Source of the DNA: Tagaea sp.
Lineage (GTDB): Bacteria; Pseudomonadota; Alphaproteobacteria; CACIAM-22H2
Direction: 5' to 3'
DNA: 64,000 nt
Assembly: GCA_965279525.1 (NCBI GenBank)
Contig: CBDIIB010000005.1
Coordinates: 256,001-320,000 of the forward strand
Part shown: piece by piece, positions 52,459 to 63,067 of the stretch
How positions within the stretch are numbered: the stretch's first letter is position 1
How the letters are laid out: each line of letters starts with the position of its first letter
Notes under the pieces: generated by a model
Seen by the model: the letters and a program-made list of their open reading frames with translations, nothing else
Told to the model about the DNA's origin: nothing
The model's database searches: none
Position numbers and translations under genes: made by a program

Positions 52459-53283
52459 ATGGATGTGATGGAAAGCCGCGATTTCCAGTTTGCCTGTACC
52501 GCGACGCTGACCGCCAATGACGGTCGCGAGCGGCTTGCGTCGCGCAGTTTCAGCGCCGTGGATACCGCGGCGGACTGGGCGCTCACGACTGCCGGGCGTC
52601 TCAAGGAAGCACTCGGTACCGGGCCCTATGGCCAGGTCGAACTGGCACTTGGGATCGCGATCGAAGGGCGGCTCGCCGACGACCCGGACGCGCGGCTGAC
52701 GCTCGTGTTCTCCGGCACGCTCGCGCATGCGACCGACACGCTTGCAGCACATGTCCGGAGCTTCGAAGCCGACACGATCCCCAAGCTGCGCGCCCAGGCC
52801 GCCGCCCGGCGCAAAGCCAGACGCGCCGGGATCCTGCGGAAGTTCGGGCTGGTCGCCGGGATCGCCGTATTCGTCGGACTCGTGTTCGTCGTCTACCGCT
52901 TCGTTCCGCCCATCCTCGATCCCGAGCGGGCCGCGGAGGAGATCCTCGCCCGACCGCCTCCCGAGGTTACCGGGCGCTGGTCTCTCGGCCAGACAACCGC
53001 CAATTGCGAGACGAACTACGTGGAATTTGCCGCCGGCCGGTACGAAGCCGTGGTTGCCGGCAGTCGTCAGCGCTTTGCGGCCGCCTATTCCCAGCCTGCG
53101 GCGGCGACCATGCGTGTCGAATATGCCGAAGGCGGCATTCGGCTCGCCCAGATATTCAGGCTCGGACCCGATCAGGGCCGGATGTCGATCGCCGGGGTCG
53201 AGTCCAGCGTACCGGAAATCGAGGCCGCAGCCCGGCGCGCAATCGGTACGTGGCTGACCAAATGCCCGGAGAAGGCGCGCTAG
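52459..53283 (+). CDS. Hypothetical single-pass membrane protein
   Basis: Basic stretch followed by one TM (FGLVAGIAVFVGLVFVVY); C-terminal domain GRWS...C...C. Confidence 0.65.
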   Translation: MDVMESRDFQFACTATLTANDGRERLASRSFSAVDTAADWALTTAGRLKEALGTGPYGQVELALGIAIEGRLADDPDARLTLVFSGTLAHATDTLAAHVRSFEADTIPKLRAQAAARRKARRAGILRKFGLVAGIAVFVGLVFVVYRFVPPILDPERAAEEILARPPPEVTGRWSLGQTTANCETNYVEFAAGRYEAVVAGSRQRFAAAYSQPAAATMRVEYAEGGIRLAQIFRLGPDQGRMSIAGVESSVPEIEAAARRAIGTWLTKCPEKAR

Positions 53284-53300
53284 CGTCCGATCGTCAGCCC

Positions 53301-53316
53301 TTAACTACTTTTTCAC
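53301..53316 (+). promoter_or_regulatory. Possible CtrA box
   Basis: TTAA-CTACTTT-TTCAC, 1 mismatch, 55 bp before a PleC/DivJ-like kinase. Confidence 0.45.
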
Positions 53317-53370
53317 CCCGAGAATGCGTCAATCCCCGGATCCAGACCGCATTTTCCGAGTGACCGGGTA

Positions 53371-55398
53371 TTGACGAAAACCGAGAAAGCACGTTCGGCA
53401 GGGCGCACCGCGACCATACGAAACCTGGTGCCGTCGGCGCTCCTGTTCGTCGTGCTTGCGGCGATGTGGACCTATGTGTCGCTTGCCGATCGCAATGCCC
53501 GGAATGCCGTGCGGGCGCAGGAGTTTGCCGACGTGTCCGATACGGTGTCGGAAACGATCGCGCGACGGATCGCCAACAGGCTGCGCGGCCTTGCCTATAT
53601 CCAGCACCTCGCGCGCGACGGCGCGCTTGAAGATCCGGAGCGTTTCGACATCGCGGCGGCAACGACCCATGAGATCGCCCGGGAATTCCTCGCGATCAAT
53701 CTGATCGACGCCGAGCGCCGGATCGTCCGGACATGGCCGTTGGCCGAAAACGCGAACATGATCGGACGGGTCGTCGGCCAATCGCCGTCGATCGTCGAGT
53801 TGCTCGACATCGCGCGGGATACCGATACTGCCCGCAGTTCGGGCATCGTGGAGCTTTTCCAGGGTGGCAAGGGAATCGCCAGCTACTTCCCGATCTGGCG
53901 GGATGGTCGTTTCGTCGGCTACGTCAACGGCGTCTTCAGGGTCGATGCCATCGAGCAGCTCCTCGGCACGCTGCGCGCGATGCGCTATGCGTGGAGGATC
54001 GACACGGAGCAGCCAGAAGCATCCCCGCTTCCGGTCGGCGCGCGTCGCCTGTCGATCCCGCTGCTTGACCGCACGCTGACGGTCGAGTTCGAGGAAAAAG
54101 CGCACGCCGGCGTAGGTGATTTTCTGCTTCCGAACCTGGTGCTTGGCATCGTTTTCTCGCTGGTCTGCGCAGCGCTGACGTTCCTCGGACTCAATGCGAG
54201 ATATACGGCCGCCCGCGACGAGGCGATGCTGTCGAGCATCCTGACGGCGGCACCGGACGCGATCATATCCCTGGACGAGAACCGCCGTATCCGCGTCTTC
54301 ACGCCGGCTGCCGAGGCGATGTTCAAGAGATCGGCCGAGACGATGATCGGCGAGCCGCTCGATGTACTTCTGCCCGAAGCCGCGCGGCCCCTCCATCATG
54401 CGCATATCGAACAGTTCGCGGCATCATCGAGCCGCGAACGGCAGATGGGCGACTGGCGCCTGATCCGCGGCCTTCGCGCCAACGGAGAGACGTTTCCCGT
54501 CATGGTGCAGCTCGCCAAATCGCAGTTCGAAGGCGAACGTCTGATGACCGCGGTCTTGCGCGACATGACCGATATCGAGCGCATAAACAGCGAACTGATA
54601 TCGCTGGCGGACGAACGCGCGCGGCAGGCGGAACGGGCCGAGGCCGCCAATCACGCCAAAACGATGTTCCTCGCCACCATGAGCCACGAACTCCGCACGC
54701 CGCTCAACGCGATCATCGGGTTCTCGGATATCGCGGTGCGGGAGATGTTCGGGCCGATCGGCAACGCGCGCTACAAGGATTATCTCGCGAGCATAAAGAG
54801 CAGCGGCGAAGATCTCCTGACGATCATCAACGACGTGCTCGATCTCTCGAAGGCCGAGGTCGGCGCCTACCGGTTCGAGCCGGAGAATTTCGATGTCTGC
54901 GAACTTCTGTCTTCAACGGCCCGGCAGATCATGCCTTTGATGGATACGAAGGGCCTCGTATTCCGTTCCGAACTTCCCGAGCGGCTGTTCGCTCACGCGG
55001 ATCCGCGCGCGACCCGCCAGATCGCCGTGAACCTCCTTTCGAATTCCATCAAGTTCACAAATCCGGGTGGAGTCGTGACGCTGAGCGCCGGCCCGTCGTC
55101 CGACACCGCCTTCATCGACTTTTCCGTCCAGGACACCGGACGCGGAATTGCCCGGGACGATCTCGGCCGTGTCGGCCGCCCCTTCGTTCAGGTCGGCGAT
55201 GCGTACCGGTCGGAGGTCAAGGGAACCGGCCTGGGTCTGGCCATAAGCCGTACCTTTTCCGCAGGAATGGGGGGAAATCTCCGGATCGAATCGGAACTCG
55301 GACAGGGAACCAAGGTTACCGTCAGCCTTCCGGCCGGCCCGAACAGCAACCTGAAAACAAGCCATCAGCCGGACATGAATTCCCACTCAAGCATTTGA
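53371..55398 (+). CDS. Membrane PAS sensor histidine kinase, PleC/DivJ (PdhS)-like HisKA
   Basis: Two TM segments flanking an extracellular domain. PAS MFKRSAETMIGEPLDVLLP. MSHELRTPLNAIIGFS..MFGPIGNARYKDY and GTGLGL. Confidence 0.88.
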   Translation: MTKTEKARSAGRTATIRNLVPSALLFVVLAAMWTYVSLADRNARNAVRAQEFADVSDTVSETIARRIANRLRGLAYIQHLARDGALEDPERFDIAAATTHEIAREFLAINLIDAERRIVRTWPLAENANMIGRVVGQSPSIVELLDIARDTDTARSSGIVELFQGGKGIASYFPIWRDGRFVGYVNGVFRVDAIEQLLGTLRAMRYAWRIDTEQPEASPLPVGARRLSIPLLDRTLTVEFEEKAHAGVGDFLLPNLVLGIVFSLVCAALTFLGLNARYTAARDEAMLSSILTAAPDAIISLDENRRIRVFTPAAEAMFKRSAETMIGEPLDVLLPEAARPLHHAHIEQFAASSSRERQMGDWRLIRGLRANGETFPVMVQLAKSQFEGERLMTAVLRDMTDIERINSELISLADERARQAERAEAANHAKTMFLATMSHELRTPLNAIIGFSDIAVREMFGPIGNARYKDYLASIKSSGEDLLTIINDVLDLSKAEVGAYRFEPENFDVCELLSSTARQIMPLMDTKGLVFRSELPERLFAHADPRATRQIAVNLLSNSIKFTNPGGVVTLSAGPSSDTAFIDFSVQDTGRGIARDDLGRVGRPFVQVGDAYRSEVKGTGLGLAISRTFSAGMGGNLRIESELGQGTKVTVSLPAGPNSNLKTSHQPDMNSHSSI

Positions 55399-55565
55399 TA
55401 ATATAAGAGAATTTGATATACCCAACGAACTGAGCCGGACGTCTCGAATGGCACCGTTCCAGCGCCGGTCAAGCGGCCGCCGACTTCCCCCGAATCGAGC
55501 TAGTTGCGTGCCGACCGGCAAATCTATAAACACGAGCTCTCTAGTTCTATTTCCAGGAGCGTTAA

Positions 55566-55775
55566 ATGCCCGTCGGTACGGTTAAGTGGTTCAATGGCAC
55601 CAAAGGTTACGGCTTCATCCAGCCGGAAAATGGTGGTGCTGATGTGTTCGTGCATATCTCGGCGGTCGAGCGCGCCGGGCTTCGCGGGCTGAACGAAGGC
55701 CAGAAGGTGTCGTACGAGGAGAAGCCCGATCCCAAGAAGGGCAAGACCTCGGCTGACAACCTCAAGGTCATCTAA
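55566..55775 (+). CDS. cspA: Cold-shock protein (CspA family)
   Basis: GTVKWFN..KGYGFI and DVFVHISA motifs; RBS AGGAG. Confidence 0.95.
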   Translation: MPVGTVKWFNGTKGYGFIQPENGGADVFVHISAVERAGLRGLNEGQKVSYEEKPDPKKGKTSADNLKVI

Positions 55776-55850
55776 GAGGTTCCCCTCGCGGAACCCAGGC
55801 GCCGACGGTACGTCCCCGGCGCCGGCTTTCCGATCACGGGCGAGAATCTG

Positions 55851-55890
55851 ACGCGCCCCGTTCCTACGGGACGGGGCGCGTTGTCTGTCT
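55851..55890 (+). terminator. Terminator-like hairpin downstream of cspA
   Basis: ACGCGCCCCG...CGGGGCGCGT stem followed by TGTCTGTCT. Confidence 0.55.
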
Positions 55891-56073
55891 GCCGCATGTT
55901 TTCGTGCATGATGGCTGCAGCTTAAATCCAATTTTTTCAAGGCCGAATGGTTCCCATCCGGCCTGTTTTGCCGTGCGTTCAAGGCACCCCTTCCTTGATC
56001 CCTGTCCGCCGGATGTGACAGACATGATTGCCGGCAGCAGCAAGCTGTCTGGCGACCGAACAAGGATCGCGGA

Positions 56074-57288
56074 ATGGCCCGACGGGTTGACCGGCTTTGG
56101 ACGAACGCCCGTCTCCTGACCATGGCGCCACCCGCCGGTACGGCTGGAGCGACGATACAAGCCGGGATCATCGCCTGCGCGGACGGGCGCATCGTGTACG
56201 CCGGGCCGGCGACCGACGCGCCGGGGTTCGATGCCCCGGATCGGATCGACTGCGAGGGCCGCTGGATCACCCCCGGCCTGATCGACTGCCACACGCACCT
56301 GGTTTTCGGCGGTGATCGTGCGGCCGAATTCGAGATGCGCCTCGACGGTGCGACTTATCAGGAAATCGCCAAAGCCGGCGGCGGCATCGTTTCGACCGTG
56401 CGCGCGACGCGCGCGGCAAGCGACGACGAACTGCTCGCGGCCGCGTGCGGACGCCTCGACCGGCTGATCGCGGAAGGTGCCACGACCGTCGAGATCAAAT
56501 CGGGCTACGGGCTCGATACGGCAAGCGAACTGCGCATGCTGCGTGTCGCGCGCCGTCTGGGGACAGTCCGGCCTGTGGGCATCCGCACCACGTTTCTTGG
56601 CGCACATGCGCTTCCGCCCGAAGCAGGCGGCGACAAGCAGACCTATATCGATCTTGTCTGCCGCGAGATGCTGCCCGCCATCGCGAACGAAGGTCTTGCC
56701 GACGCGGTCGACGGTTTCTGCGAAGGCATCGCCTTCTCGCCTTCCCAGATCGAACAGGTCTTCGCCGCGGCCGCCGCACTCGGCCTGCCGGTCAAACTCC
56801 ACGCCGACCAGCTTTCCGATCTCGGCGGGGCAGCACTCGCCGCACGCCACAAGGCACTGTCGGCCGACCATCTTGAATGGACGAATGCGGCCGGCGTGGC
56901 GGCGATGGCTGCAGCCGGCACAGTCGCGGTCCTTCTCCCCGGCGCCTACTACGTGCTGCGCGAAACGAAGCTGCCGCCGATCGCGGCGCTGCGGCACGCA
57001 GGTGCCCGCATGGCCGTCTCGACCGACTGCAACCCGGGAACCTCGCCGATGACGTCGCTGCTGCTTGCGATGAACATGGCCGCCACGCTGTTCGGGTTGA
57101 CGGTTGCCGAATGCCTTGCCGGCACGACGCGCGAAGCGGCGCAGGCACTGGGTCTCGGCGACAAGACCGGTACGCTCGAGGCCGGGAAATGGTGCGACCT
57201 GGCGATCTGGGACATCGAACGTCCGGCCGAACTCGTCTACCGTCTGGGTTTCAACCCGCTCCATTCGCGCGTTTGGCGCGGCATCTGA
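56074..57288 (+). CDS. hutI: Imidazolonepropionase
   Basis: [39 protein letters not shown] and STDCNPG motifs. Confidence 0.96.
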   Translation: MARRVDRLWTNARLLTMAPPAGTAGATIQAGIIACADGRIVYAGPATDAPGFDAPDRIDCEGRWITPGLIDCHTHLVFGGDRAAEFEMRLDGATYQEIAKAGGGIVSTVRATRAASDDELLAAACGRLDRLIAEGATTVEIKSGYGLDTASELRMLRVARRLGTVRPVGIRTTFLGAHALPPEAGGDKQTYIDLVCREMLPAIANEGLADAVDGFCEGIAFSPSQIEQVFAAAAALGLPVKLHADQLSDLGGAALAARHKALSADHLEWTNAAGVAAMAAAGTVAVLLPGAYYVLRETKLPPIAALRHAGARMAVSTDCNPGTSPMTSLLLAMNMAATLFGLTVAECLAGTTREAAQALGLGDKTGTLEAGKWCDLAIWDIERPAELVYRLGFNPLHSRVWRGI

Positions 57289-57301
57289 CCGGAAGGGCTC
57301 C

Positions 57302-58966
57302 ATGACCCGCATCGACAACGAACGCCGCATCCGCGCCCCGCGCGGTGCTGAACGGACCGCGAAGAGCTGGCAGACCGAAGCGGCGATGCGCATGCTGATG
57401 AACAATCTCGATGCCGAGGTCGCCGAACGGCCCAGCGAACTCGTCGTCTACGGAGGAATCGGGCGCGCGGCGCGCAATTGGGAAGCGTTCGACCAGATCG
57501 TCGCGGGCCTCAAGACCCTCGAGGACGACCAGACGATGCTCGTCCAGTCGGGCAAGCCGGTCGGCATTTTCCGCACGCACCGCGACGCGCCGCGCGTGCT
57601 CATCGCAAACTCCAATCTCGTGCCGCACTGGGCCACGTGGGATCATTTCCACGAGCTCGACCGCAAGGGCCTCATGATGTACGGCCAGATGACGGCGGGG
57701 TCGTGGATCTATATCGGCACGCAGGGCATCGTCCAGGGCACCTACGAGACTTTTGTCGAGGTCGGCCGGCGTCACTATGGCGGCGATCTGGCCGGCCGCT
57801 GGATCCTGACGGCCGGTCTCGGCGGCATGGGCGGCGCCCAGCCGCTCGCCGCGACGATGGCGGGGGCTTCGTGCCTCGCCATCGAATGCCAGCCGAGCCG
57901 GATCGAGATGCGTCTGCGCACCGGATATGTCGACCGCCGCGCCGACACGCTCGACGAGGCGATGGCGATCATCGAGGAAAGCGTGAAAGCGAAGAAGCCG
58001 GTTTCGGTCGGCCTCCTCGGCAACGCCGCCGACATCCTGCCCGAGATGCTGCGCCGGAAGATCCGCCCCGACGTCGTCACCGACCAGACATCCGCGCACG
58101 ATCCGGTGAACGGCTACCTGCCGCGCGGATGGACCCTCGCCCGGTGGGAAGCCGCCCGCGAGAAGGATCCCAAATCGGTCGAGACCGCATCGCGCCACTC
58201 GATGGCCGAGCATGTGCGCGCGATGCTGGAGTTCCACCGCCTCGGCGTACCGACGCTCGATTACGGCAACAACATCCGCCAGGTCGCGAAAGAGGAAGGT
58301 GTCGCCGACGCCTTCGCCTTCCCGGGCTTCGTGCCGGCCTATATCCGCCCGCTTTTCTGCCGCGGCATCGGCCCGTTCCGCTGGGCGGCGCTGTCCGGCG
58401 ACCCGGAGGACATCTACCGGACGGACGCAAAGGTGAAAGAGCTGCTGCCCGACAACAAGCACCTGCACAACTGGCTCGACATGGCGCGCGCGCGCATCAA
58501 GTTCCAGGGATTGCCGGCGCGCATCTGCTGGGTCGGCCTCGGCGACCGCCACCGCCTCGGCCTTGCCTTCAACGAGATGGTGCGCAACGGCGAACTCAAG
58601 GCCCCGCTCGTCATCGGCCGCGACCATCTCGATTCCGGTTCCGTCGCCAGCCCGAACCGCGAGACCGAAGCGATGAAGGACGGATCGGACGCGGTGTCGG
58701 ACTGGCCGCTTCTCAACGCCCTTCTCAACTGCGCCAGCGGCGCCACGTGGGTATCGCTCCATCATGGCGGCGGCGTCGGCATGGGCTTCTCGCAGCATTC
58801 CGGCATGGTGATCGTGTGCGACGGGACCGAGGATGCGGACCGCCGCCTCGAGCGCGTGCTGTGGAACGACCCCGCGACGGGGGTGATGCGGCACGCGGAT
58901 GCCGGCTATCCGGAAGCCATCGCCTGCGCCCGGGAAAAGCAGCTCGATCTGCCCTTCCTTCGCTAG
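57302..58966 (+). CDS. hutU: Urocanate hydratase
   Basis: [34 protein letters not shown] and HHGGGVGMG motifs. Confidence 0.97.
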   Translation: MTRIDNERRIRAPRGAERTAKSWQTEAAMRMLMNNLDAEVAERPSELVVYGGIGRAARNWEAFDQIVAGLKTLEDDQTMLVQSGKPVGIFRTHRDAPRVLIANSNLVPHWATWDHFHELDRKGLMMYGQMTAGSWIYIGTQGIVQGTYETFVEVGRRHYGGDLAGRWILTAGLGGMGGAQPLAATMAGASCLAIECQPSRIEMRLRTGYVDRRADTLDEAMAIIEESVKAKKPVSVGLLGNAADILPEMLRRKIRPDVVTDQTSAHDPVNGYLPRGWTLARWEAAREKDPKSVETASRHSMAEHVRAMLEFHRLGVPTLDYGNNIRQVAKEEGVADAFAFPGFVPAYIRPLFCRGIGPFRWAALSGDPEDIYRTDAKVKELLPDNKHLHNWLDMARARIKFQGLPARICWVGLGDRHRLGLAFNEMVRNGELKAPLVIGRDHLDSGSVASPNRETEAMKDGSDAVSDWPLLNALLNCASGATWVSLHHGGGVGMGFSQHSGMVIVCDGTEDADRRLERVLWNDPATGVMRHADAGYPEAIACAREKQLDLPFLR

Positions 58967-59095
58967 CATCCGGCGCCATACGCCATGAGTGCCACTCATC
59001 CGGAGATGAGGCAGCGCGCCTGATCGCGATAACAGGACAATTGCCTTGCACGCCTGAGCAATTGGGTCGGAATATCCGCGCTGTCGCCAATCCTC

Positions 59096-59111
59096 TGGCA
59101 TGAAGCCTGCA
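59096..59111 (+). promoter_or_regulatory. Sigma54 (-24/-12) promoter
   Basis: TGGCATGAAGCCTGCA with GG-N10-GC spacing, about 55 bp before the ABC ATPase start. Confidence 0.6.
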
Positions 59112-59164
59112 AATCCAAACGGGCGGGGCAGCGGCCGGCGACCTCGAGATCTTGGAGAAGTTCG

Positions 59165-60232
59165 ATGTCGAGCGTGACGTTGCAGGGTGTCAGCAAGTCG
59201 TACGGGGCCGTCACGGCATTGCGGACGATGGATCTCGAAATCGCGGAAGGCGAGTTCCTGACGTTGCTCGGGCCGTCGGGATGCGGCAAGACCACGACGC
59301 TGCGGCTTGTCGCCGGATTCATCACGCCGTCGAGCGGCCGCATCCTGTTCGGCGGCGACGACGTTACTGACCTGCCGGCGCAGAAGCGCGAGATCGGCAT
59401 GGTGTTCCAGGACTATGCGCTTTTTCCCCACATGACGATCGCCGACAATATCGGATTCGGTCTGGTCGAGCGTGGACGCAAGTCCGCCGAGATCCGTTCG
59501 AAAGTGAACGAACTTCTCCAGCTGATCCGCCTGCCGGGCGTCGAGAACCGTTTCCCGGCCGAGCTCAGCGGCGGCCAACAGCAGCGCGTTGCCGTGGCCC
59601 GTGCGGTCGCGCATTCGCCGCGCGTCCTGCTGATGGACGAGCCGCTCGGCGCACTCGACCTCAAGCTGCGCGAAGCGATGCAGGCGGAGATCAGCGCCAT
59701 CCAGCATGCGCTCAAGATCACGACTGTCTACGTGACGCACGACCAGTCCGAAGCGATGAGCATGTCCGACCGCATCGCCGTGATGAATGACGGCGTCATC
59801 GAGCAGCTTGGCTCTGCAACCGAGATCTACAACCGTCCGGCCTCGCGCTTCGTGGCGAGTTTCGTCGGCCAGATCAATCTGGTCGAAGGGGATGTCGTCG
59901 CGAACGAGGCGGCGAGTGCCGTGATTTCGGTCGGCGGCACGCATGTCCGGGTCGCGACACCCCAGGCACTGGCCGGCCGCATCACGTTCGGGATCCGGCC
60001 CGAGCAGCTTTCGATCCTTGGCGAGGGCCGTGCGCCGGCGGCAGGCGCAAACGCGCTTCCCGGCACGGTGCGCAGCACCATGTTCGCGGGCAACATCGTC
60101 AAGGTCGAGATCGAGGCCGCCACGCCAGCACCGATCATCGTCGAGACACATCCCAACGCGGCGACCCCGACAGTCGGCCAGCGTGTCCAGGTATCGTGGA
60201 ACCTGCCGAACGCCGTCGTCCTGGCGAACTGA
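59165..60232 (+). CDS. ABC transporter ATP-binding protein (PotA-like, TOBE domain)
   Basis: GPSGCGKTT, VFQDYALFPH, LSGGQQQR, LLMDEP and VTHDQ motifs. Confidence 0.93.
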   Translation: MSSVTLQGVSKSYGAVTALRTMDLEIAEGEFLTLLGPSGCGKTTTLRLVAGFITPSSGRILFGGDDVTDLPAQKREIGMVFQDYALFPHMTIADNIGFGLVERGRKSAEIRSKVNELLQLIRLPGVENRFPAELSGGQQQRVAVARAVAHSPRVLLMDEPLGALDLKLREAMQAEISAIQHALKITTVYVTHDQSEAMSMSDRIAVMNDGVIEQLGSATEIYNRPASRFVASFVGQINLVEGDVVANEAASAVISVGGTHVRVATPQALAGRITFGIRPEQLSILGEGRAPAAGANALPGTVRSTMFAGNIVKVEIEAATPAPIIVETHPNAATPTVGQRVQVSWNLPNAVVLAN

Positions 60233-60243
60233 AGGAGCGCCCA

Positions 60244-61212
60244 ATGGCAATCCCCGTCATCGACATCGCCCCGTTCCGGGATGCCGGCGGCAAGGCCGGC
60301 GTGGCCCGGGCCGTCGCACGTGCTTGCGAGGACGTCGGGTTCTTCTGCATCTCCGGGCATGGCGTGGATTCCGGCCTGACCGAACGCGCCTTCGCCATTT
60401 CGCGCGACTTCTTCGACCAGCCGGCCGACGTGAAGATGCGGTTCCGGCCGGCGGGCGAAGTGGCGCCGCGCGGCTACGCGGCGATGGAAAGCAAGGGCCT
60501 GGGTGCCACGCTCGGCCAGAACGTGCCCAAGGATCTGCGCGAGCAGTTCATGCTCGGCACGCTGGCACCGATCACGCCGGCCCTGTCGAAGGTACCCGAA
60601 GCGGCCGGCTGCTACGCGCCGAACGTTTGGCCCGATACACCTGCCGAGTATCGCCCGATCTTCACCGAGCTCTATCGTTCGTTCGAATCGCTTGCCGGAA
60701 CGCTGATGCGCATCTTCGCGCTCGGCCTCGAGCTCCCCGAGCACTATTTCGCCGACAAGATCGACCATCATTTCAGCGTGCTCGGGTCGAACCACTATCC
60801 GCCGCTCACGCATCCGCCGCTGCCGGGCCAGCTGCGTACCGGCGAACACACGGATTTCGGCAGCCTGACGATCCTGCTTCCGACCGCCGGCCCCGGCGGA
60901 CTGCAGGTGCGCCTCGCTGACGGCACGTGGACCGACGTGCAGCCGATCCCCGGCGCGCTCATCATCAATATCGGCGACATGATGGCACGATGGACGAACG
61001 ACCGCTGGCGTTCGACCCTGCATCGCGTCGCGAACCCGCCCGAAGCGGCGGCGGCGATGAGCCGGCGCCAGTCGATCGCGTTCTTCTGCCATCCGAATTA
61101 CGACACCGAGATCCGCTGCATCGAGAGCTGCACAAGCCCCGATCGGCCACCGCTCTATCCGCCGATCCTCGCGGGCGAGCACATGCGGATGAAAATGGTG
61201 AAAAGGCTGTGA
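60244..61212 (+). CDS. 2-oxoglutarate/Fe(II) dioxygenase, isopenicillin N synthase family
   Basis: IPVIDI, GFFCISGHG, HTDFG (HxD), STLHRV (His) and RQS (RxS) motifs. Confidence 0.92.
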   Translation: MAIPVIDIAPFRDAGGKAGVARAVARACEDVGFFCISGHGVDSGLTERAFAISRDFFDQPADVKMRFRPAGEVAPRGYAAMESKGLGATLGQNVPKDLREQFMLGTLAPITPALSKVPEAAGCYAPNVWPDTPAEYRPIFTELYRSFESLAGTLMRIFALGLELPEHYFADKIDHHFSVLGSNHYPPLTHPPLPGQLRTGEHTDFGSLTILLPTAGPGGLQVRLADGTWTDVQPIPGALIINIGDMMARWTNDRWRSTLHRVANPPEAAAAMSRRQSIAFFCHPNYDTEIRCIESCTSPDRPPLYPPILAGEHMRMKMVKRL

Positions 61213-62594
61213 CGCTGGGCACGCAGCTTGCGGACTGGGCCGCCGGCCTGCGGTTCGACGACCTGCCGGCCGAAGTCGTGGCCGACTGCCGCCTGCGCCT
61301 GCTCGACACGCTGGGCGTGGCACTTGCTGCAGCGCCCTTGCCGATCGGCGTCGCGGTGCGCACGGCCGGCCGCGCGATGGGTGGCGGCGATGCCGCGACG
61401 GTGCTGGGTGAAGGAACACGCAGCTCGGCCGCGAACGCCGCCCTCGTCAACGGCACGCTCGCGCATGCGATGGACTTCGACGACACGCATAACGAGTCGG
61501 TGATGCATCCGAGTGCGCCTGCGGTTACGGCCGCTCTGGCCGCCTGCGAGGCGATCCGCGCGAACGGGCGGGAACTGATCGTCGGGATCGCCATCGGCAA
61601 TGAGCTTGGCTGCCGCCTCGGGCTCGTCACGCCTGGCGCGTTCCATGGCGTGGGCCTGCATCCGACCAGCGTGCTTGGCGCGCCCGCCGCGACCGCCGCG
61701 GTCGGCCGAATTTGGCATCTTTCGCCGGCGCAGATCGCATCGGGCTTCGGAATCTCCGCCAGCCAGGCATCCGGCGTGCTCGAGGCGTATAGCGACGGGA
61801 CATGGTCGAAGACGCTGCATCCGGGCTGGGCTGCGCACGCCGCGATCGTCGCCGGCCATCTGGCACAGGCCGGCTTCACCGGACCCGCGACCGCATTCGA
61901 GGGTCGCTACGGCATCTACAAGGCATTGCTGCCAGCCGACACGAAGATGGATCTCGCCGCCGCGACCGACGGGTTGGGACAGGACTGGACCTGCCTCGAC
62001 ACGGCTTTCAAGCTCTATCCCAACGCGCACGCGATCCACGCCTTCATCGAAGGGGCCTTGCAGTTGCGGGGCGCGCACAATCTGTCTGCCGGACAGATAC
62101 AGTCAGTCGAACTCGCCGTTCCTGCCGAGTTCGTCGGCCAGATCGCGGAACCGCGCGACGCCAAGCTGGCGCCCCGTACATCCACGCATGCGCGCGCCAG
62201 CGTGTTCTACGCGGTCGCCGCAGCACTGGTCGATGGCGAGGTCAATGCCGCGCACTACGAGGGCGATGCGTTCCGCCGCCCGGACCTTCTGGCAATGGCG
62301 CAGCGCATCGTCGCGCGCATCGTCCCGGCCGGCGATGCGATCCGCTTCTCGGGCGGCGTGACGATTCGGCACAAAGACGGTCCGGACGTGTCGACTTTCG
62401 TTGCCGAAGCCGATGGAACAGGCGCGCGCCGTCTCGACGAGACGCGGATCATCGGCAAGTTTGCGGCGACTGCCGGTTCGGTGCTGCTGCCGGCCGCACG
62501 CGACCGGCTGGCCGAACTGATCTTGTCGGCCGACCGGATCGACGACGTGTCCGCACTTGCCGCCGCGTGCACCATTCCGGGGTTGGACCGATGA
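61209..62594 (+). CDS. MmgE/PrpD family protein
   Basis: LLDTLGV, NGTLAHAMDFDDTH...HPS, KTLHPG, FEGRYG and FKLYP motifs. GTGA overlap with the dioxygenase. Confidence 0.9.
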   Translation: MTLGTQLADWAAGLRFDDLPAEVVADCRLRLLDTLGVALAAAPLPIGVAVRTAGRAMGGGDAATVLGEGTRSSAANAALVNGTLAHAMDFDDTHNESVMHPSAPAVTAALAACEAIRANGRELIVGIAIGNELGCRLGLVTPGAFHGVGLHPTSVLGAPAATAAVGRIWHLSPAQIASGFGISASQASGVLEAYSDGTWSKTLHPGWAAHAAIVAGHLAQAGFTGPATAFEGRYGIYKALLPADTKMDLAAATDGLGQDWTCLDTAFKLYPNAHAIHAFIEGALQLRGAHNLSAGQIQSVELAVPAEFVGQIAEPRDAKLAPRTSTHARASVFYAVAAALVDGEVNAAHYEGDAFRRPDLLAMAQRIVARIVPAGDAIRFSGGVTIRHKDGPDVSTFVAEADGTGARRLDETRIIGKFAATAGSVLLPAARDRLAELILSADRIDDVSALAAACTIPGLDR

Positions 62595-63067
62595 TCCGCC
62601 TCAGCGCCCGAAAGCTGACCGAGGATGCGTTCCGGCCCTTCGGCCCGGTCATGGCGGTCCCTGTCGGCGGCGCACGCACCGGTCCGCTGCCGGTGATCGC
62701 CGATCCGCGCCCGGCAGCGAAGGTGACCGCGACATTGATCGACTTGCCGCCGCAAACGGCACCGCGGACGGTGCGGATGATCGAGCGGCACATGAATTCC
62801 GCCCAGTTCTTCCTGCATCTGTCGGGTGGCGCCCTATCGCTGGTCGTGTTCCCGACGGGCGCCGACGGCCAACCGAATCTCTCCGGCGCATGTGCCTTCA
62901 TCGCGGCATCCGGCCAGGCCTTCGGCTATCATCCGGGAACGTGGCACGCCGGCGTTGCCGCACTGGGCGACGGCGCCAAGGTCGCCTCGCTGCTCAGCCG
63001 CGACGGCACGCCGGGCGATGTCGAGGAAAGAACGCTCGCCGAGGCGATCGAGGTCGACTGGACATGA
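62591..63067 (+). CDS. Ureidoglycolate lyase (AllA)-like cupin
   Basis: LTEDAFRPFG, IERHMNSAQFF and YHPGTWH motifs. Confidence 0.8.
   Translation: MIRLSARKLTEDAFRPFGPVMAVPVGGARTGPLPVIADPRPAAKVTATLIDLPPQTAPRTVRMIERHMNSAQFFLHLSGGALSLVVFPTGADGQPNLSGACAFIAASGQAFGYHPGTWHAGVAALGDGAKVASLLSRDGTPGDVEERTLAEAIEVDWT

Noticed and set aside
56010-56030. HutC operator before hutI
   Set aside because: ATGTGACAGACAT only partly matches TGTA-N2-TACA-type sites and the spacing is off.
57251-60250. 999-aa antisense ORF and other long shadow ORFs (e.g. 9447-12002, 17532-19481, 35520-37253)
   Set aside because: They lie opposite well-recognised genes and are Arg/Ala/Gly-rich with no motifs, as expected from stop-codon scarcity at high GC.
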